Translations under genes and position numbers: made by a program | Shown: positions 33,534-41,933 of the stretch, piece after piece | How the letters are laid out: the number at the start of each line of letters is the position of its first letter | How positions within the stretch are numbered: the stretch's first letter is position 1 | Notes under the pieces: model-generated | The model's input: the letters and a program-made list of their open reading frames with translations, nothing else | The model's database searches: none | What the model was told of the DNA's origin: nothing | Source: an uncultured bacterium | GTDB taxonomy: Bacteria > Chlamydiota > Chlamydiia > Chlamydiales > JABDDJ01 | Length of the DNA stretch: 41,933 nucleotides | Direction: 5' to 3' | Assembly (NCBI GenBank): GCA_964654295.1 | Contig: CAZZJE010000001.1 | Coordinates: forward strand, 1-41,933

Positions 33534-33636
33534 TGTAGCGTAGGCTTGAGCCTGCGCTTGTTTTTGCAGGTTTTAACCTGCAGGAAACGACAGACTAAAG
33601 CCTGTAGAACAAGCGCAGGCTCAAGCCTACGCTACA
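33534..33636. repeat. Family B palindromic element, full copy: 28-bp perfect terminal inverted repeats around an inner hairpin
   Basis: TGTAGCGTAGGCTTGAGCCTGCGCTTGT (33534-33561) is the exact reverse complement of ACAAGCGCAGGCTCAAGCCTACGCTACA (33609-33636). The inner hairpin is TGCAGGT-TTTA-ACCTGCA. Confidence 0.9.
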
Positions 33637-33715
33637 TTAATTTTAATGGTGCAAATCAGCCTTGAAAAGAAGAGCTCCTTCGGATAAACTAACTCCATAT
33701 TGACTTTTACTATCT

Positions 33716-33788
33716 GGACTGATAGCTCAGTGGATAGAGCATCCGCCTTCTAAGCGGATGGTCGTAGGTTCGAGTCCTACTCAGTCCG
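33716..33788 (+). tRNA. tRNA-Arg (anticodon TCT)
   Basis: Folded by hand as GGACTGA TA GCTC AGTGGATA GAGC A TCCGC CTTCTAA GCGGA TGGTC GTAGG TTCGAGT CCTAC TCAGTCC G. Confidence 0.93.
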
Positions 33789-33812
33789 TTACTACCTTGT
33801 TCAGGAGTTGCT

Positions 33813-36470
33813 ATGAGCAAAGGGGAACCTGAAGCAACTTCATCTGAAAACTTAAGCTCGCCTTCTTCCCTCTCTCTCGGAGATTTTTCTCTCTACCTGC
33901 CTCGTTTTAATATAAAAGAGCTTTTTAACGAGTTGCTAAATTCCGACTTTTATAAGCTTTCTGATCGGAAGCGACTTGAAAAGCTCATGCGCCTTCTGCT
34001 AGAGCAAGTTTTAGAGGCTCCTCAAGAATCTTTTCTCTTAGCGGCTGTCATTGAGTTTTTGGCTCAAATCAATGAGCAGCATCTCCTTCATGAACATCTG
34101 CAGTTTTATCATTGGGAATTTTGGTTAAATAACTTTTCCGGATTGAATGATCAGGCACAAGCGCATGTGCGTGGAAAAATTGTCGGCAAATTTGTTCCGA
34201 GGGAAACCTATCAACCATTTTTTCCTATTGGAACAGGTAAAAGCTTTTTTGGTTCGCATATTGTTGCTGCACACCTTTCTCCCGATGTCGATACAATGAT
34301 TGCCTCTTTTTGGGGATGGGTCGATGCTTTTGCTGCACGCGTAGGGAGCTCTCAGCACCATTGGAGTTTACCCGGAGGAGCTCCCGATACTCCCGTAACA
34401 AAAGTGTTCGAAGAGATTTTTGGGAAAGATCTCTTCTCCATTTTAGCTCGCACAAGCACCATTTTATCTCTTACAGCCATCGATTTGGTCACACAGAGCA
34501 ACCTAACTAAAGAGGTGGCGCCTACTTCCATCAATACCTTAGACCATGGATTTAGTGGAAAAGCGGTTCTTTTGGTCGATGAGCAGGATCTTTTTTTAGG
34601 GGATTGGAGAAGTAACGATGTCGAGCTTGTTCGACAGGTCATTATTCTTTTTAAATCGTGCCTGCACTGGTTTGAAAACAATTTTCACATTAGGCTTGTC
34701 TCTTTCTTTGCCAAACCTCATCTCAAGCAGGTGGACGTTCCTCTGCTGTTCGAACAGATCTTCTGCGTTCCAATTGGACAGTGTGAGCCGGCACTTGAGT
34801 TTTTGCCTAAACAGCAGCAAGATTTAGATCTTTTTATCCAGCGTGTTTTAGGGCTTCCTCAAGGCTTAATGGCAACATTTTCCCAGGTGATCGACGCCTT
34901 GGAGGGCCACTCAATGGTTGGCTTAGGCCGCATACGTAAAGAGATGGAGACGCTGAAAGAAAAAAAGCTCTTCGATCCCGAGGGAAACTTAATCGAAAAC
35001 CGCTCCCAAATCTTTCACTTTCTCGAACGCATTATCATTCAACTCGACCATGCAGTCCACTACATCCGCAACTATGTTGAAAGGCTCGACTTAGCGATTC
35101 AGATTAAACGCCATGTTGTAGGAGCTCCTAGCCCTACGATTGCGTTGAGAAGCGATATCGATGAAATGCAAGCCAAAATTCGAAATTATGACTACCTAAC
35201 GGTTGTTTATCCGGAAGACAGCGGCCGTCTTTTACCTGTCGGAGTGGTTTGGGCAAGCGACTTGCGCCGCCAAAGTTTAGGAACAGTCAGCTTTCGAGAC
35301 TTTAGCAATGTCGAAGAGGTGCGTATGGCACCCTATCTGACGCCTATCAGCTTGGTTGATCATCACAAAAGCCAGCTGACGACAACCTCTGTTGCCACGA
35401 TGATCATTGGTGATGCCCAGTCGTGCAATGTTTTAGTGGCAGAGGTCACCTTAGGAATTAACGATCGCTACTCCTTAGGTGGTATGACACCCCTTGCCAT
35501 TGAACGACAAATTGAAGAAACCATACAGGGTCAAGCAAACCCACAGCAGGATCGCATCTTAAGCCGCCTACTTAAAAAGCAGCGGGCTGCCCGCCATCGT
35601 GAACGCTTCTTCGTTCATCCTCTAAGAGAATTTACAGAATACCTCTGCTACCTCTATGCCATTTTAGATGACACAGACCTTTTGACTAAAGTGACTCCTC
35701 GCGATGTCGATTGTGTGGCAGAGCTGCTTAACCGCATGAAGAGTATTGCCTCTAGAAAAGAGGAAGAGGTGATCAATCTCGATAATCTACCAAGAGATCG
35801 TTACTATGCGCGCGAAGCAGCTAGGCGCATTTTACAGAATCCAGAGATGTATTCCCTCTACAGACGCATCTATCAATTCCGAGAGCAAGAGGTTGAAATC
35901 AACCTTAAAAACTGTTCACAGGGTGAGTCATCTAACCTCTTTTCCGATACAAAAGAGCAAAACGGCTGCTGCCGTGTCGGCCAAACGAAACTCTTTTCCC
36001 ATAATATTCCTCTTTTTCATCAAAAAGCAGAGCTATTAAGGAGCTTTTGGTTAAAGAGCGCTAAAGAGATCTATCAGGCTCGCAATGATATCGACTTTCA
36101 CCTCCATATGATTAGTACAATTCCCAGTGCAGAAGAGGTCTATCGGGACATGATTGGACACTATCATCATCTCGATGAACTCTGGTTCTGGGTACCTCAC
36201 ACCCAAAGAGCCTATGACCATCTAGCCTCCTTCCTCTATGCGTTTCAATCTGTCCCTGAAGTTATTGATAACTATATGGAGCTCCAAATTGTCGGGCCAA
36301 TGGGCCATCAATATCAAGAGCTGTTTGAACAGAATTTTCTTCCCATTGCAACGACTCTCTCTCACGATTCGATGACTCAAGAAACAGTCGCTATCTTGCG
36401 CTATCAAGCGGGGACTTTAAACTCTCGAAAAGCCTTAATTTCACCCTACTTACCACGTCTCTTGAGTTAA
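33813..36470 (+). CDS. Large (885 aa) protein with DHH-family phosphoesterase-like motifs
   Basis: ATG preceded by CAGGAG. HIVAAHLSPDVDTMIASF resembles DHH motif I (H..PD.D...S), and ISLVDHHKSQ resembles motif III (DHH). About 350 aa separate the two motifs. The function is not otherwise recognisable. Confidence 0.4.
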   Translation: MSKGEPEATSSENLSSPSSLSLGDFSLYLPRFNIKELFNELLNSDFYKLSDRKRLEKLMRLLLEQVLEAPQESFLLAAVIEFLAQINEQHLLHEHLQFYHWEFWLNNFSGLNDQAQAHVRGKIVGKFVPRETYQPFFPIGTGKSFFGSHIVAAHLSPDVDTMIASFWGWVDAFAARVGSSQHHWSLPGGAPDTPVTKVFEEIFGKDLFSILARTSTILSLTAIDLVTQSNLTKEVAPTSINTLDHGFSGKAVLLVDEQDLFLGDWRSNDVELVRQVIILFKSCLHWFENNFHIRLVSFFAKPHLKQVDVPLLFEQIFCVPIGQCEPALEFLPKQQQDLDLFIQRVLGLPQGLMATFSQVIDALEGHSMVGLGRIRKEMETLKEKKLFDPEGNLIENRSQIFHFLERIIIQLDHAVHYIRNYVERLDLAIQIKRHVVGAPSPTIALRSDIDEMQAKIRNYDYLTVVYPEDSGRLLPVGVVWASDLRRQSLGTVSFRDFSNVEEVRMAPYLTPISLVDHHKSQLTTTSVATMIIGDAQSCNVLVAEVTLGINDRYSLGGMTPLAIERQIEETIQGQANPQQDRILSRLLKKQRAARHRERFFVHPLREFTEYLCYLYAILDDTDLLTKVTPRDVDCVAELLNRMKSIASRKEEEVINLDNLPRDRYYAREAARRILQNPEMYSLYRRIYQFREQEVEINLKNCSQGESSNLFSDTKEQNGCCRVGQTKLFSHNIPLFHQKAELLRSFWLKSAKEIYQARNDIDFHLHMISTIPSAEEVYRDMIGHYHHLDELWFWVPHTQRAYDHLASFLYAFQSVPEVIDNYMELQIVGPMGHQYQELFEQNFLPIATTLSHDSMTQETVAILRYQAGTLNSRKALISPYLPRLLS

Positions 36471-36514
36471 TATTCAATTTGTTTTCTCGCCAAAAAACAT
36501 TGATCTCTATTTTC

Positions 36515-36543
36515 TTGCAAAAAGCAAAAAAGTAGTGTATACT
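36515..36543 (+). promoter_or_regulatory. Sigma-70/66-type promoter candidate for brnQ
   Basis: The -35 element TTGCAA (36515-20), a 17-nt spacer and the -10 element TATACT (36538-43) lie in the 227-bp gap upstream of brnQ. Confidence 0.6.
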
Positions 36544-36572
36544 TATATTCTCTTATGCTAGTTGGAGACAAC

Positions 36573-36635
36573 ATGTCATCTTTACACCTTAAACCTATCT
36601 TTTCTCTCGTCGTCGCTGTCGTGCGCTGAGCGCAC
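36573..36635 (+). promoter_or_regulatory. Candidate leader mini-ORF (MSSLHLKPIFSLVVAVVR) with a hairpin over its stop codon
   Basis: GGAGA lies 5 nt before the ATG at 36573. The ORF has 18 codons, 8 of which encode Leu, Ile or Val. The TGA stop (36627-29) forms the loop of the hairpin GTGCGC-TGA-GCGCAC (36621-36635). A pyrimidine-rich tract follows, after a 5-nt gap. Confidence 0.35.
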
Positions 36636-36697
36636 ATACTCTTCTTTTCTCCCATCTCCCTTTTCAACGAGCAAATTAACTTTAGGTTTTGAGTGTT

Positions 36698-37831
36698 ATG
36701 TACCCTTTTATCCGATCTTTTTCCATAGGCTTAGCCATGTTCTCCATGTTTTTTGGAGCTGGCAACATTGTCTTTCCTCTCGCTCTTGGCGATCAAGCGG
36801 GAGAGCACTATCTTTATGCAATGGCAGGTCTGCTGATCACGGCTGTTGGAGTTCCCTTTCTTGGCCTCGTTGCCATGACTCTTTACCATGGCGACTATCG
36901 CGCATTCTTTGGGCAGTTGGGCCGCTGGCCTGGTTTCATCGTCACTGCTATCATCTTAGGCCTGCTCGGACCCTTTGGCGTGATTCCTCGCTGCCTCGTC
37001 GTCTCCTTTTCTACGTTAAAACTTATTCTACCCGATCTAACGGCTTTACCCTTTTATTTGGCTACATGCCTATTGATTTTGGTTTTAAGCCTCTCTAAAA
37101 AATCAATGGTTAATATCTTAGGCTATATTTTGACGCCTGCAATGATTGGGCTATTGGCCTGGGTGATTGTAGCTGGTATCTGGCAAGCCCCCGAAGTTCC
37201 CACTTCAAATCTCTCTCCCCAGCCGCAGTTTTGGCTTGGGCTAAAAGAGGGCTACCAGACGATGGATCTTTTAGCTGCATTTTTCTTCTCCTCCCTTATT
37301 ATCTCAACGATCCGTCAGCAGCTGACAGAAGAGCAGAGGCAAGGAAGCCACTGGCCAGTTGTTAAAGAGGCCTTAAAAGCAAGCATCATTGGAGCGAGCC
37401 TACTTGCTCTCGTTTATATAGGCTTCTGCTATATTGCTGCAGCTCACCATGGCGTGATTGATGCAACAAAAAAGGAGGAGATTTTAGGAAAGATTGCCTT
37501 CTACGTTTTAGGTCCTTCGGCTGGAGTTGTTGTCGCCGGAGCTATCATCTTAGCCTGTCTCACAACAGCAATTGCTTTGGCTGGAGTATTTGCTCAATTT
37601 TTAAGCGAAGATTGTACCCAAGGTCGAATCTCTTATTTCCACGGGCTTCTCATCACTCTACTCATTACTTTTGGATTTTCTTTTCTCGATTTCCAAGGAA
37701 TTGCGGCCTTTTTAAACCCTCTCCTTGAGATCCTTTATCCTGGTTTGATTATGTTAAGTTTGGTGAGTTTAGCTAAGAAGCTCTCTCTCCGACCCTCGCT
37801 ACCTATTCAAGAGGTTGCATTGAGCGAATAG
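36698..37831 (+). CDS. brnQ: Branched-chain amino acid transport system II carrier (LIVCS family) BrnQ
   Basis: It carries the N-terminal signature FSMFFGAGNIVFPLALG and is polytopic throughout. The ATG at 36698 is preferred to the TTG at 36689. Confidence 0.85.
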   Translation: MYPFIRSFSIGLAMFSMFFGAGNIVFPLALGDQAGEHYLYAMAGLLITAVGVPFLGLVAMTLYHGDYRAFFGQLGRWPGFIVTAIILGLLGPFGVIPRCLVVSFSTLKLILPDLTALPFYLATCLLILVLSLSKKSMVNILGYILTPAMIGLLAWVIVAGIWQAPEVPTSNLSPQPQFWLGLKEGYQTMDLLAAFFFSSLIISTIRQQLTEEQRQGSHWPVVKEALKASIIGASLLALVYIGFCYIAAAHHGVIDATKKEEILGKIAFYVLGPSAGVVVAGAIILACLTTAIALAGVFAQFLSEDCTQGRISYFHGLLITLLITFGFSFLDFQGIAAFLNPLLEILYPGLIMLSLVSLAKKLSLRPSLPIQEVALSE

Positions 37832-37912
37832 GACAATTGAAGAGGAGGATTGCAAAATTAATCCTCCTCTGCTTCTGTATGATCTTTTCGTTGTCTATGA
37901 TGAGAGGATCTG

Positions 37913-39496
37913 ATGTCTCGCTTAAAAGTGCCTACCTACTTATGTCTAATCGTCCAGATTTTGATCGCATTCTCCCTCTATGCGGAGTCTCCGATAAGCT
38001 TAGAAGAACGTCTCAAATCCTATATTCACTATTCAGAAAGTGATCATAATCGTATTGGTTATATTGCGATTGACGATAAAAATAGCTCTATCAACCAATC
38101 GACCTGGCTCTATGTCAAACAGGCATTAGACTATTATAAGGATAAAAAACCAGCCTTTATCATTTTAAAACTTAATACTCCAGGTGGGGAGATCTTTGCT
38201 GCAGAGCAGATTTCCGACGCTCTCATTGCCTTTGATACCCAGCAGCAGATTCCAATCGTTGCCTATATTGATAACTGGGCAATTTCAGCGGGCGCTCTGC
38301 TTGCCTATTCCTGCCGTTTTATTACTGTGGTGAAAGAGGGCAGCATGGGAGCTGCTCAACCTGTCATGCTATCTGCTGAAGGCCAAACCCAGGCTGCTTC
38401 AGAGAAAGTTAATTCCGCACTAAGGGCAGACTTTGCTAACCGTGCCCATTTTTTCGATCGCGATCCCAATATTGCCGAAGCCATGGTCGATGCAGATATC
38501 ATTTTAGTTTGGCGCAATGGCAAAGTGGTGCGTTTGAATAGTGAGAGCCAGATTCAGGCAGATGATGAGGTCATCACACCTAAAGGAAAGCTCTTAACTT
38601 TGAATGCCCAGCAGCTGGTCAAATATGGAGTGGCCGATCTTTTGCTTGCTCCCATGGCTCTTCCTCCGATGACAACAGAAGAAGAGCAGAGTGGAAAATG
38701 GCCGGCCAATAAACTCGCGCTCTTCCACCAGCCCTTTTTCAAAGATATTCCTCAGGCTGAAATAGATGCCTATACGATGGATTGGAAGACTCGATTTTTT
38801 GTCTGGTTAGCCTCCCCCATGATCTCTTCGGCACTCTTTCTCGGCCTCATGGTGGGGATCTACTTTGAAATGAGCTCTCCAGGAATTGGTTTTCCTGCAG
38901 CCTTAGCTACCCTATGCCTGTTTTTACTCATCTTATCGACCTATTCCCTACAGTTAGCTAGCTGGCTCGAAGTAATCTTCATTGCCGCTGGGGTGGCCTT
39001 GGTTTTGTTAGAAATCTTTTTTATCCCCTCAGGATTATTGGGACTTGTAGGAGGCGCTTTAATGCTTGCAGGGTTGGTTGGCATTTTACTGCCAGAGCTA
39101 AATGATTTTACGTTTGACTGGGACAATCAGCAGACAATTGGAGCGGCTGATGTCATTTTAGAGCGGTTAGGATGGCTCTCGGCGGCAATTATTCTTGGCT
39201 GCGTGATTATTATATTAGCCAGCCGCTATATCAAACCCTCATTTGCTGGTTTACGTCGTCTTGTACTTTCTGGTAGCGAACAAGAGGGGTATACAGCTGC
39301 AGAGCCACAAAAGAACCTAGCGATTGGAATGGTTGGCTTATCAGCTTCTGTCTTGCGTCCTGCTGGAAAAGTTTTAATCCAAGATAAGCTCTATGACGCC
39401 TTCTCTTCAGGGGACTATATCGCTGTCGATCGCCCGGTTAAAGTTGTCGGATTCGATGGCCCGCAGTTAATTGTGCAAGAGGTGAAAGAGGAATAG
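37913..39496 (+). CDS. nfeD: NfeD-family membrane-bound ClpP-class serine protease
   Basis: There is a signal/anchor sequence, then a ClpP-like domain (ILKLNTPGGEIFAAEQISDAL...YIDNWAISAGALLAYSC), a block of TM helices and a C-terminal NfeD OB-fold tail (LRPAGKVLIQDKLYDAFSSGDYIAVDRPVKVVGFDGPQLIV). GAGAGGA precedes the ATG. Confidence 0.85.
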   Translation: MSRLKVPTYLCLIVQILIAFSLYAESPISLEERLKSYIHYSESDHNRIGYIAIDDKNSSINQSTWLYVKQALDYYKDKKPAFIILKLNTPGGEIFAAEQISDALIAFDTQQQIPIVAYIDNWAISAGALLAYSCRFITVVKEGSMGAAQPVMLSAEGQTQAASEKVNSALRADFANRAHFFDRDPNIAEAMVDADIILVWRNGKVVRLNSESQIQADDEVITPKGKLLTLNAQQLVKYGVADLLLAPMALPPMTTEEEQSGKWPANKLALFHQPFFKDIPQAEIDAYTMDWKTRFFVWLASPMISSALFLGLMVGIYFEMSSPGIGFPAALATLCLFLLILSTYSLQLASWLEVIFIAAGVALVLLEIFFIPSGLLGLVGGALMLAGLVGILLPELNDFTFDWDNQQTIGAADVILERLGWLSAAIILGCVIIILASRYIKPSFAGLRRLVLSGSEQEGYTAAEPQKNLAIGMVGLSASVLRPAGKVLIQDKLYDAFSSGDYIAVDRPVKVVGFDGPQLIVQEVKEE

Positions 39497-39529
39497 TCAC
39501 GCTAGGTTTAGATAATAATGGCTCTTTAA

Positions 39530-39580
39530 CGCTTCGACAAGTCGAAGCGAGCAAAAAAGCGGCGGCAAGCCGCCGCACTC
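39530..39580. repeat. Family A palindromic element (single unit) between convergent genes
   Basis: CGCTTCGACAAGTCGAAGCGAGCAAAAAAGCGGCGGCAAGCCGCCGCACTC contains two hairpins, each with a CAAG loop. It is homologous to 17045-17094. It lies 33 nt after the nfeD stop and 4 nt before the stop of the minus-strand gene. Confidence 0.85.
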
Positions 39581-39584
39581 CAAA

Positions 39585-41933
39585 TTACGCTTGTGCCATC
39601 GCATAGAGAGGGCTTCTCAGATACTCTTCTTGGCGAATCGGATCTAGGCAAGATTTTTCGTAGAAGGTAGTAAAAGCTTTTTTGTTAGGATGGCGGGCTA
39701 CCCATTTTTCTAACGCAGCTTTCTCTGCCTTGTCAAAAGCATAGATATGACCAGCCATTAATTTAGCCTGTACGACAAGCTCCAAAATCTTCTCTTTCTC
39801 AGCGGGCGTTGTCCATGGCTCATGTTCATTTGGACCACTTCCTCTTAAAACTAAACGTTTTCTTTCGGAACGAAGGTCATAAACAGCAGCTTGATCGGAA
39901 GCTTTCCATTTGTAATTAGCAAAGTATTGGTCATAATCATTTTGATCAATAAACGCACTTCTCCACTGATCGTTTTTGTCCTTGAAAACAACTAATAAGA
40001 AGAGCGGAGGATGCCCTTTCTGTTTTTCAAGGTCTGTACGATTTTTTGCCAAGTTGGGAGAGACCTTAATCTCATTAGAAATCTCAGGAACTAAGGCTGG
40101 CAGCTTAGAAAAGCTATAGCTAGCAGCATCTGAAATGCTTTGATAGCTAAAGCTAAATCTTCCTATCCAATCATTCCAGTTCTCCCCTTGGTTTGTGCGG
40201 TCATGCATTTGCGACTGAATCTGCATGCTGATCTGCTGCTGCTGTTGCTGCTGCATCTCCACCTGGCTACCTTTCTCTTGGCAAGATAAGCGGCTGTATT
40301 TAGGTAAATCTTCTTTCGAAGCAATTTTAAAGTCAGCAAGCTTTTTCAACGCAGTTGCAAAATTCTGTTGAAATTCCTGTGGAATTTGTTCATTCGCTAG
40401 CTCAGTGGCCACTGTATTGAAGCGATCAATAAGCTCTTGACGGTAAGCTTTTAAGACAACAGGCGACTCTTCCATGCGATCGACACTAGCAAAGCTGTCA
40501 AAGTCGTCTCCCATCAACTTAAGCAAATGCTTTTCAAAGATTTTGTATAGCTTGGCTCTTACAGCTGGATCAGCGACCGTTGGATCAGATGCGGCTGCAA
40601 TAAGCAGACGTGCCATGGCGTGCTGGGCGATGACAAGCATATTACGGCGATCGCTATTCAATATATCTTCTGCAACTCTTTCAGTCTGATTGAGCGCTGT
40701 AAATAAGATGATATGATCAATTGTAATGGCTTCATTTTGCGTTAAACTTAAGGTTGAACGAATGAGCTCTTCCGTATCGCTGCTCATGATAAAATCGACG
40801 CTCTGCCCTTTATCTAATTGACGCATACGCCACAAAGCTTGGAACATTTTGAAAGACATATTTTTTCCAATCGTAACTAGAGCACGAGCCTTTGGATCTT
40901 GGACCACGTCTGTTCCTACGCAGTTTGCTTGATCATAGATAAAGAGTCGCTGCTTAGGCGCAATGTCAGGACGCGCAAGGAGTGGCTGCACTTCGTTACG
41001 GCGAAATTGCTTGATGACTTTACGCTTGTAGCGCTCATCGACAAAGCCGACGGCCATGATTGCACTTTCCGAAATCGGAAGCTTAGCTGCTTGGGTTGAT
41101 TGCTTGCGCTCTAATGCCTTTTGCTCAAATTGAACAGCTGCCTCATAGTTGCTGATTCCTTTTAAATCTCCATTTAAGTCGATGAAAACGTTATAGCGAT
41201 CAAAAAACTCAGGAAGACGATCCGTAATTCCTTGGATTGGATCGCGCAGCTGCTCTGTTGGCAGGATGTAGATATTTAGTTGACCCTCTTGAGCCTTCTT
41301 TTTCAATAAGGCCACAGTCTTACCATCCGTTCCCGGAGTTTGAGCATGGCTGATATCGATTGATTTGGCATATGTTTTGGCATTCCATGGTGTTCCTGAA
41401 AATCCGCCAAATACACTAAAGAGTTCGACGAGATCGTGCGGATTGCTACTTACCTGTTGTGCAGCCATTAAAACATTAGGGAAAACCCATTGTTTTAAGA
41501 AATCAAGTTTCGTTTGATTAGAGCTATTAACCTGTTTGCGGAACGCTTCGATCGCTTTAGGAGAGCCTCTTAATTCAATTGGATTGATGCCAAATTGCTG
41601 ATAGAAGGCTTGATAGGTTGCTGTCTGATCAGCTGCCGGGAGATCTCCTTCTTCTATTAACTTTGCTCGCATCTCTTCTTGAATTGTTGCTGTAATCTTT
41701 TGAATATACTCGACAGCTTGATCTTCTCGAATTCCCGTTTGTAGGTAGTCTTGAATATAGTAAGGCACAAGCTCAAAGGCTTCTCCGTAGCGTGCCTTCG
41801 ATGGCGTATTAGCAGCAACATAAGGAGCGATATCAATCTGATTTTCTGCACGTCCATATTGTGCATTGGCAGAGCCTTGCAAGGTCGAGGTTAAACCGAC
41901 TTGAATGATTTGCCTTGCCAAGCCAATTGCACA
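39585..41933 (-). CDS. C-terminal >780 aa of a very large protein (5' end outside the window) with a poly-Q tract
   Basis: The reading frame stays open to the window edge, so the ORF-track M is only a TTG. The segment FIYDQANCVGTDVVQDPKARALVTIGKNMSFKMFQALWRMRQLDKGQSVDFIMS is reminiscent of the D-E-A-H-T-R-G-T-D ... M-R-M-R-x-L-G-x-G-Q-S-V core of DUF3638/DUF3645-type giant ATPases (from memory only). The poly-Q run is MQQQQQQQISMQIQSQM. Confidence 0.5.
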   Translation of the reverse strand, partial: CAIGLARQIIQVGLTSTLQGSANAQYGRAENQIDIAPYVAANTPSKARYGEAFELVPYYIQDYLQTGIREDQAVEYIQKITATIQEEMRAKLIEEGDLPAADQTATYQAFYQQFGINPIELRGSPKAIEAFRKQVNSSNQTKLDFLKQWVFPNVLMAAQQVSSNPHDLVELFSVFGGFSGTPWNAKTYAKSIDISHAQTPGTDGKTVALLKKKAQEGQLNIYILPTEQLRDPIQGITDRLPEFFDRYNVFIDLNGDLKGISNYEAAVQFEQKALERKQSTQAAKLPISESAIMAVGFVDERYKRKVIKQFRRNEVQPLLARPDIAPKQRLFIYDQANCVGTDVVQDPKARALVTIGKNMSFKMFQALWRMRQLDKGQSVDFIMSSDTEELIRSTLSLTQNEAITIDHIILFTALNQTERVAEDILNSDRRNMLVIAQHAMARLLIAAASDPTVADPAVRAKLYKIFEKHLLKLMGDDFDSFASVDRMEESPVVLKAYRQELIDRFNTVATELANEQIPQEFQQNFATALKKLADFKIASKEDLPKYSRLSCQEKGSQVEMQQQQQQQISMQIQSQMHDRTNQGENWNDWIGRFSFSYQSISDAASYSFSKLPALVPEISNEIKVSPNLAKNRTDLEKQKGHPPLFLLVVFKDKNDQWRSAFIDQNDYDQYFANYKWKASDQAAVYDLRSERKRLVLRGSGPNEHEPWTTPAEKEKILELVVQAKLMAGHIYAFDKAEKAALEKWVARHPNKKAFTTFYEKSCLDPIRQEEYLRSPLYAMAQA

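Noticed and set aside
36562-37098. 178-aa ORF overlapping the brnQ 5' region in another frame.
   Set aside because: brnQ has a clear family signature in its own frame. The overlapping ORF is Ser/Leu/Cys/Arg-rich with no motif.
37837-38043. 68-aa ORF upstream of nfeD and overlapping its start.
   Set aside because: It overlaps the nfeD start region out of frame. The nfeD ATG at 37913 has its own GAGAGGA SD and a signal peptide, so the short ORF adds nothing recognisable.

Overview
This window reads as a chromosomal segment from a member of the Chlamydiae, probably an environmental (non-Chlamydiaceae) lineage. That assignment is an inference from gene content and order; no search was run.

Positions ~1.4-27.1 kb, all on the minus strand, hold a large type III secretion (T3SS, injectisome) block. 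Its lower half (1464-16931) has the same order I recall for the C. trachomatis CT663-CT674 cluster:
- class I chaperone
- SctD with two FHA domains
- CdsE-like protein
- needle protein SctF
- TPR co-chaperone (CdsG-like)
- a 226-aa protein with an SctI-like C-terminus
- SctN ATPase
- SctO
- SctP
- SctQ
- Pkn5-type Ser/Thr kinase
- secretin SctC

The upper half (17119-27093) is a translocator module fused directly to it. It holds two small helical tip- or LcrG/LcrV-like proteins, two tandem LcrH/SycD-type TPR chaperones, and three large hydrophobic substrates of 1227, 541 and 575 aa.

Downstream of sctC are a translationally coupled TPR lipoprotein and a Cys-less YidD-like gene.

The rest of the window is housekeeping: a GNAT acetyltransferase, clpX, clpP, tig, tRNA-Gly(GCC), a DUF155/RMD1-like gene, tRNA-Leu(GAG), tRNA-Arg(UCU), an 885-aa protein with DHH motifs, brnQ, nfeD, and the 3' part of a very large gene that runs off the window.

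Structure not explained by the ORF track:
- A single in-frame TAA splits the Pkn5 kinase from a degenerate PP2C/SpoIIE-like domain.
- An acidic D/E-F tract sits between the two SpoA domains of SctQ.
- The secretin carries an internal triple repeat.
- A 516-bp non-coding spacer with nested inverted repeats lies between cdsE and sctF.
- Two families of palindromic REP/MITE-like elements are present.
- A G-rich tandem repeat lies at the window start.
- A strong promoter plus a Leu/Ile/Val-rich mini-ORF and hairpin lie upstream of brnQ.

All functional calls rest on motif recognition by eye and on gene order.
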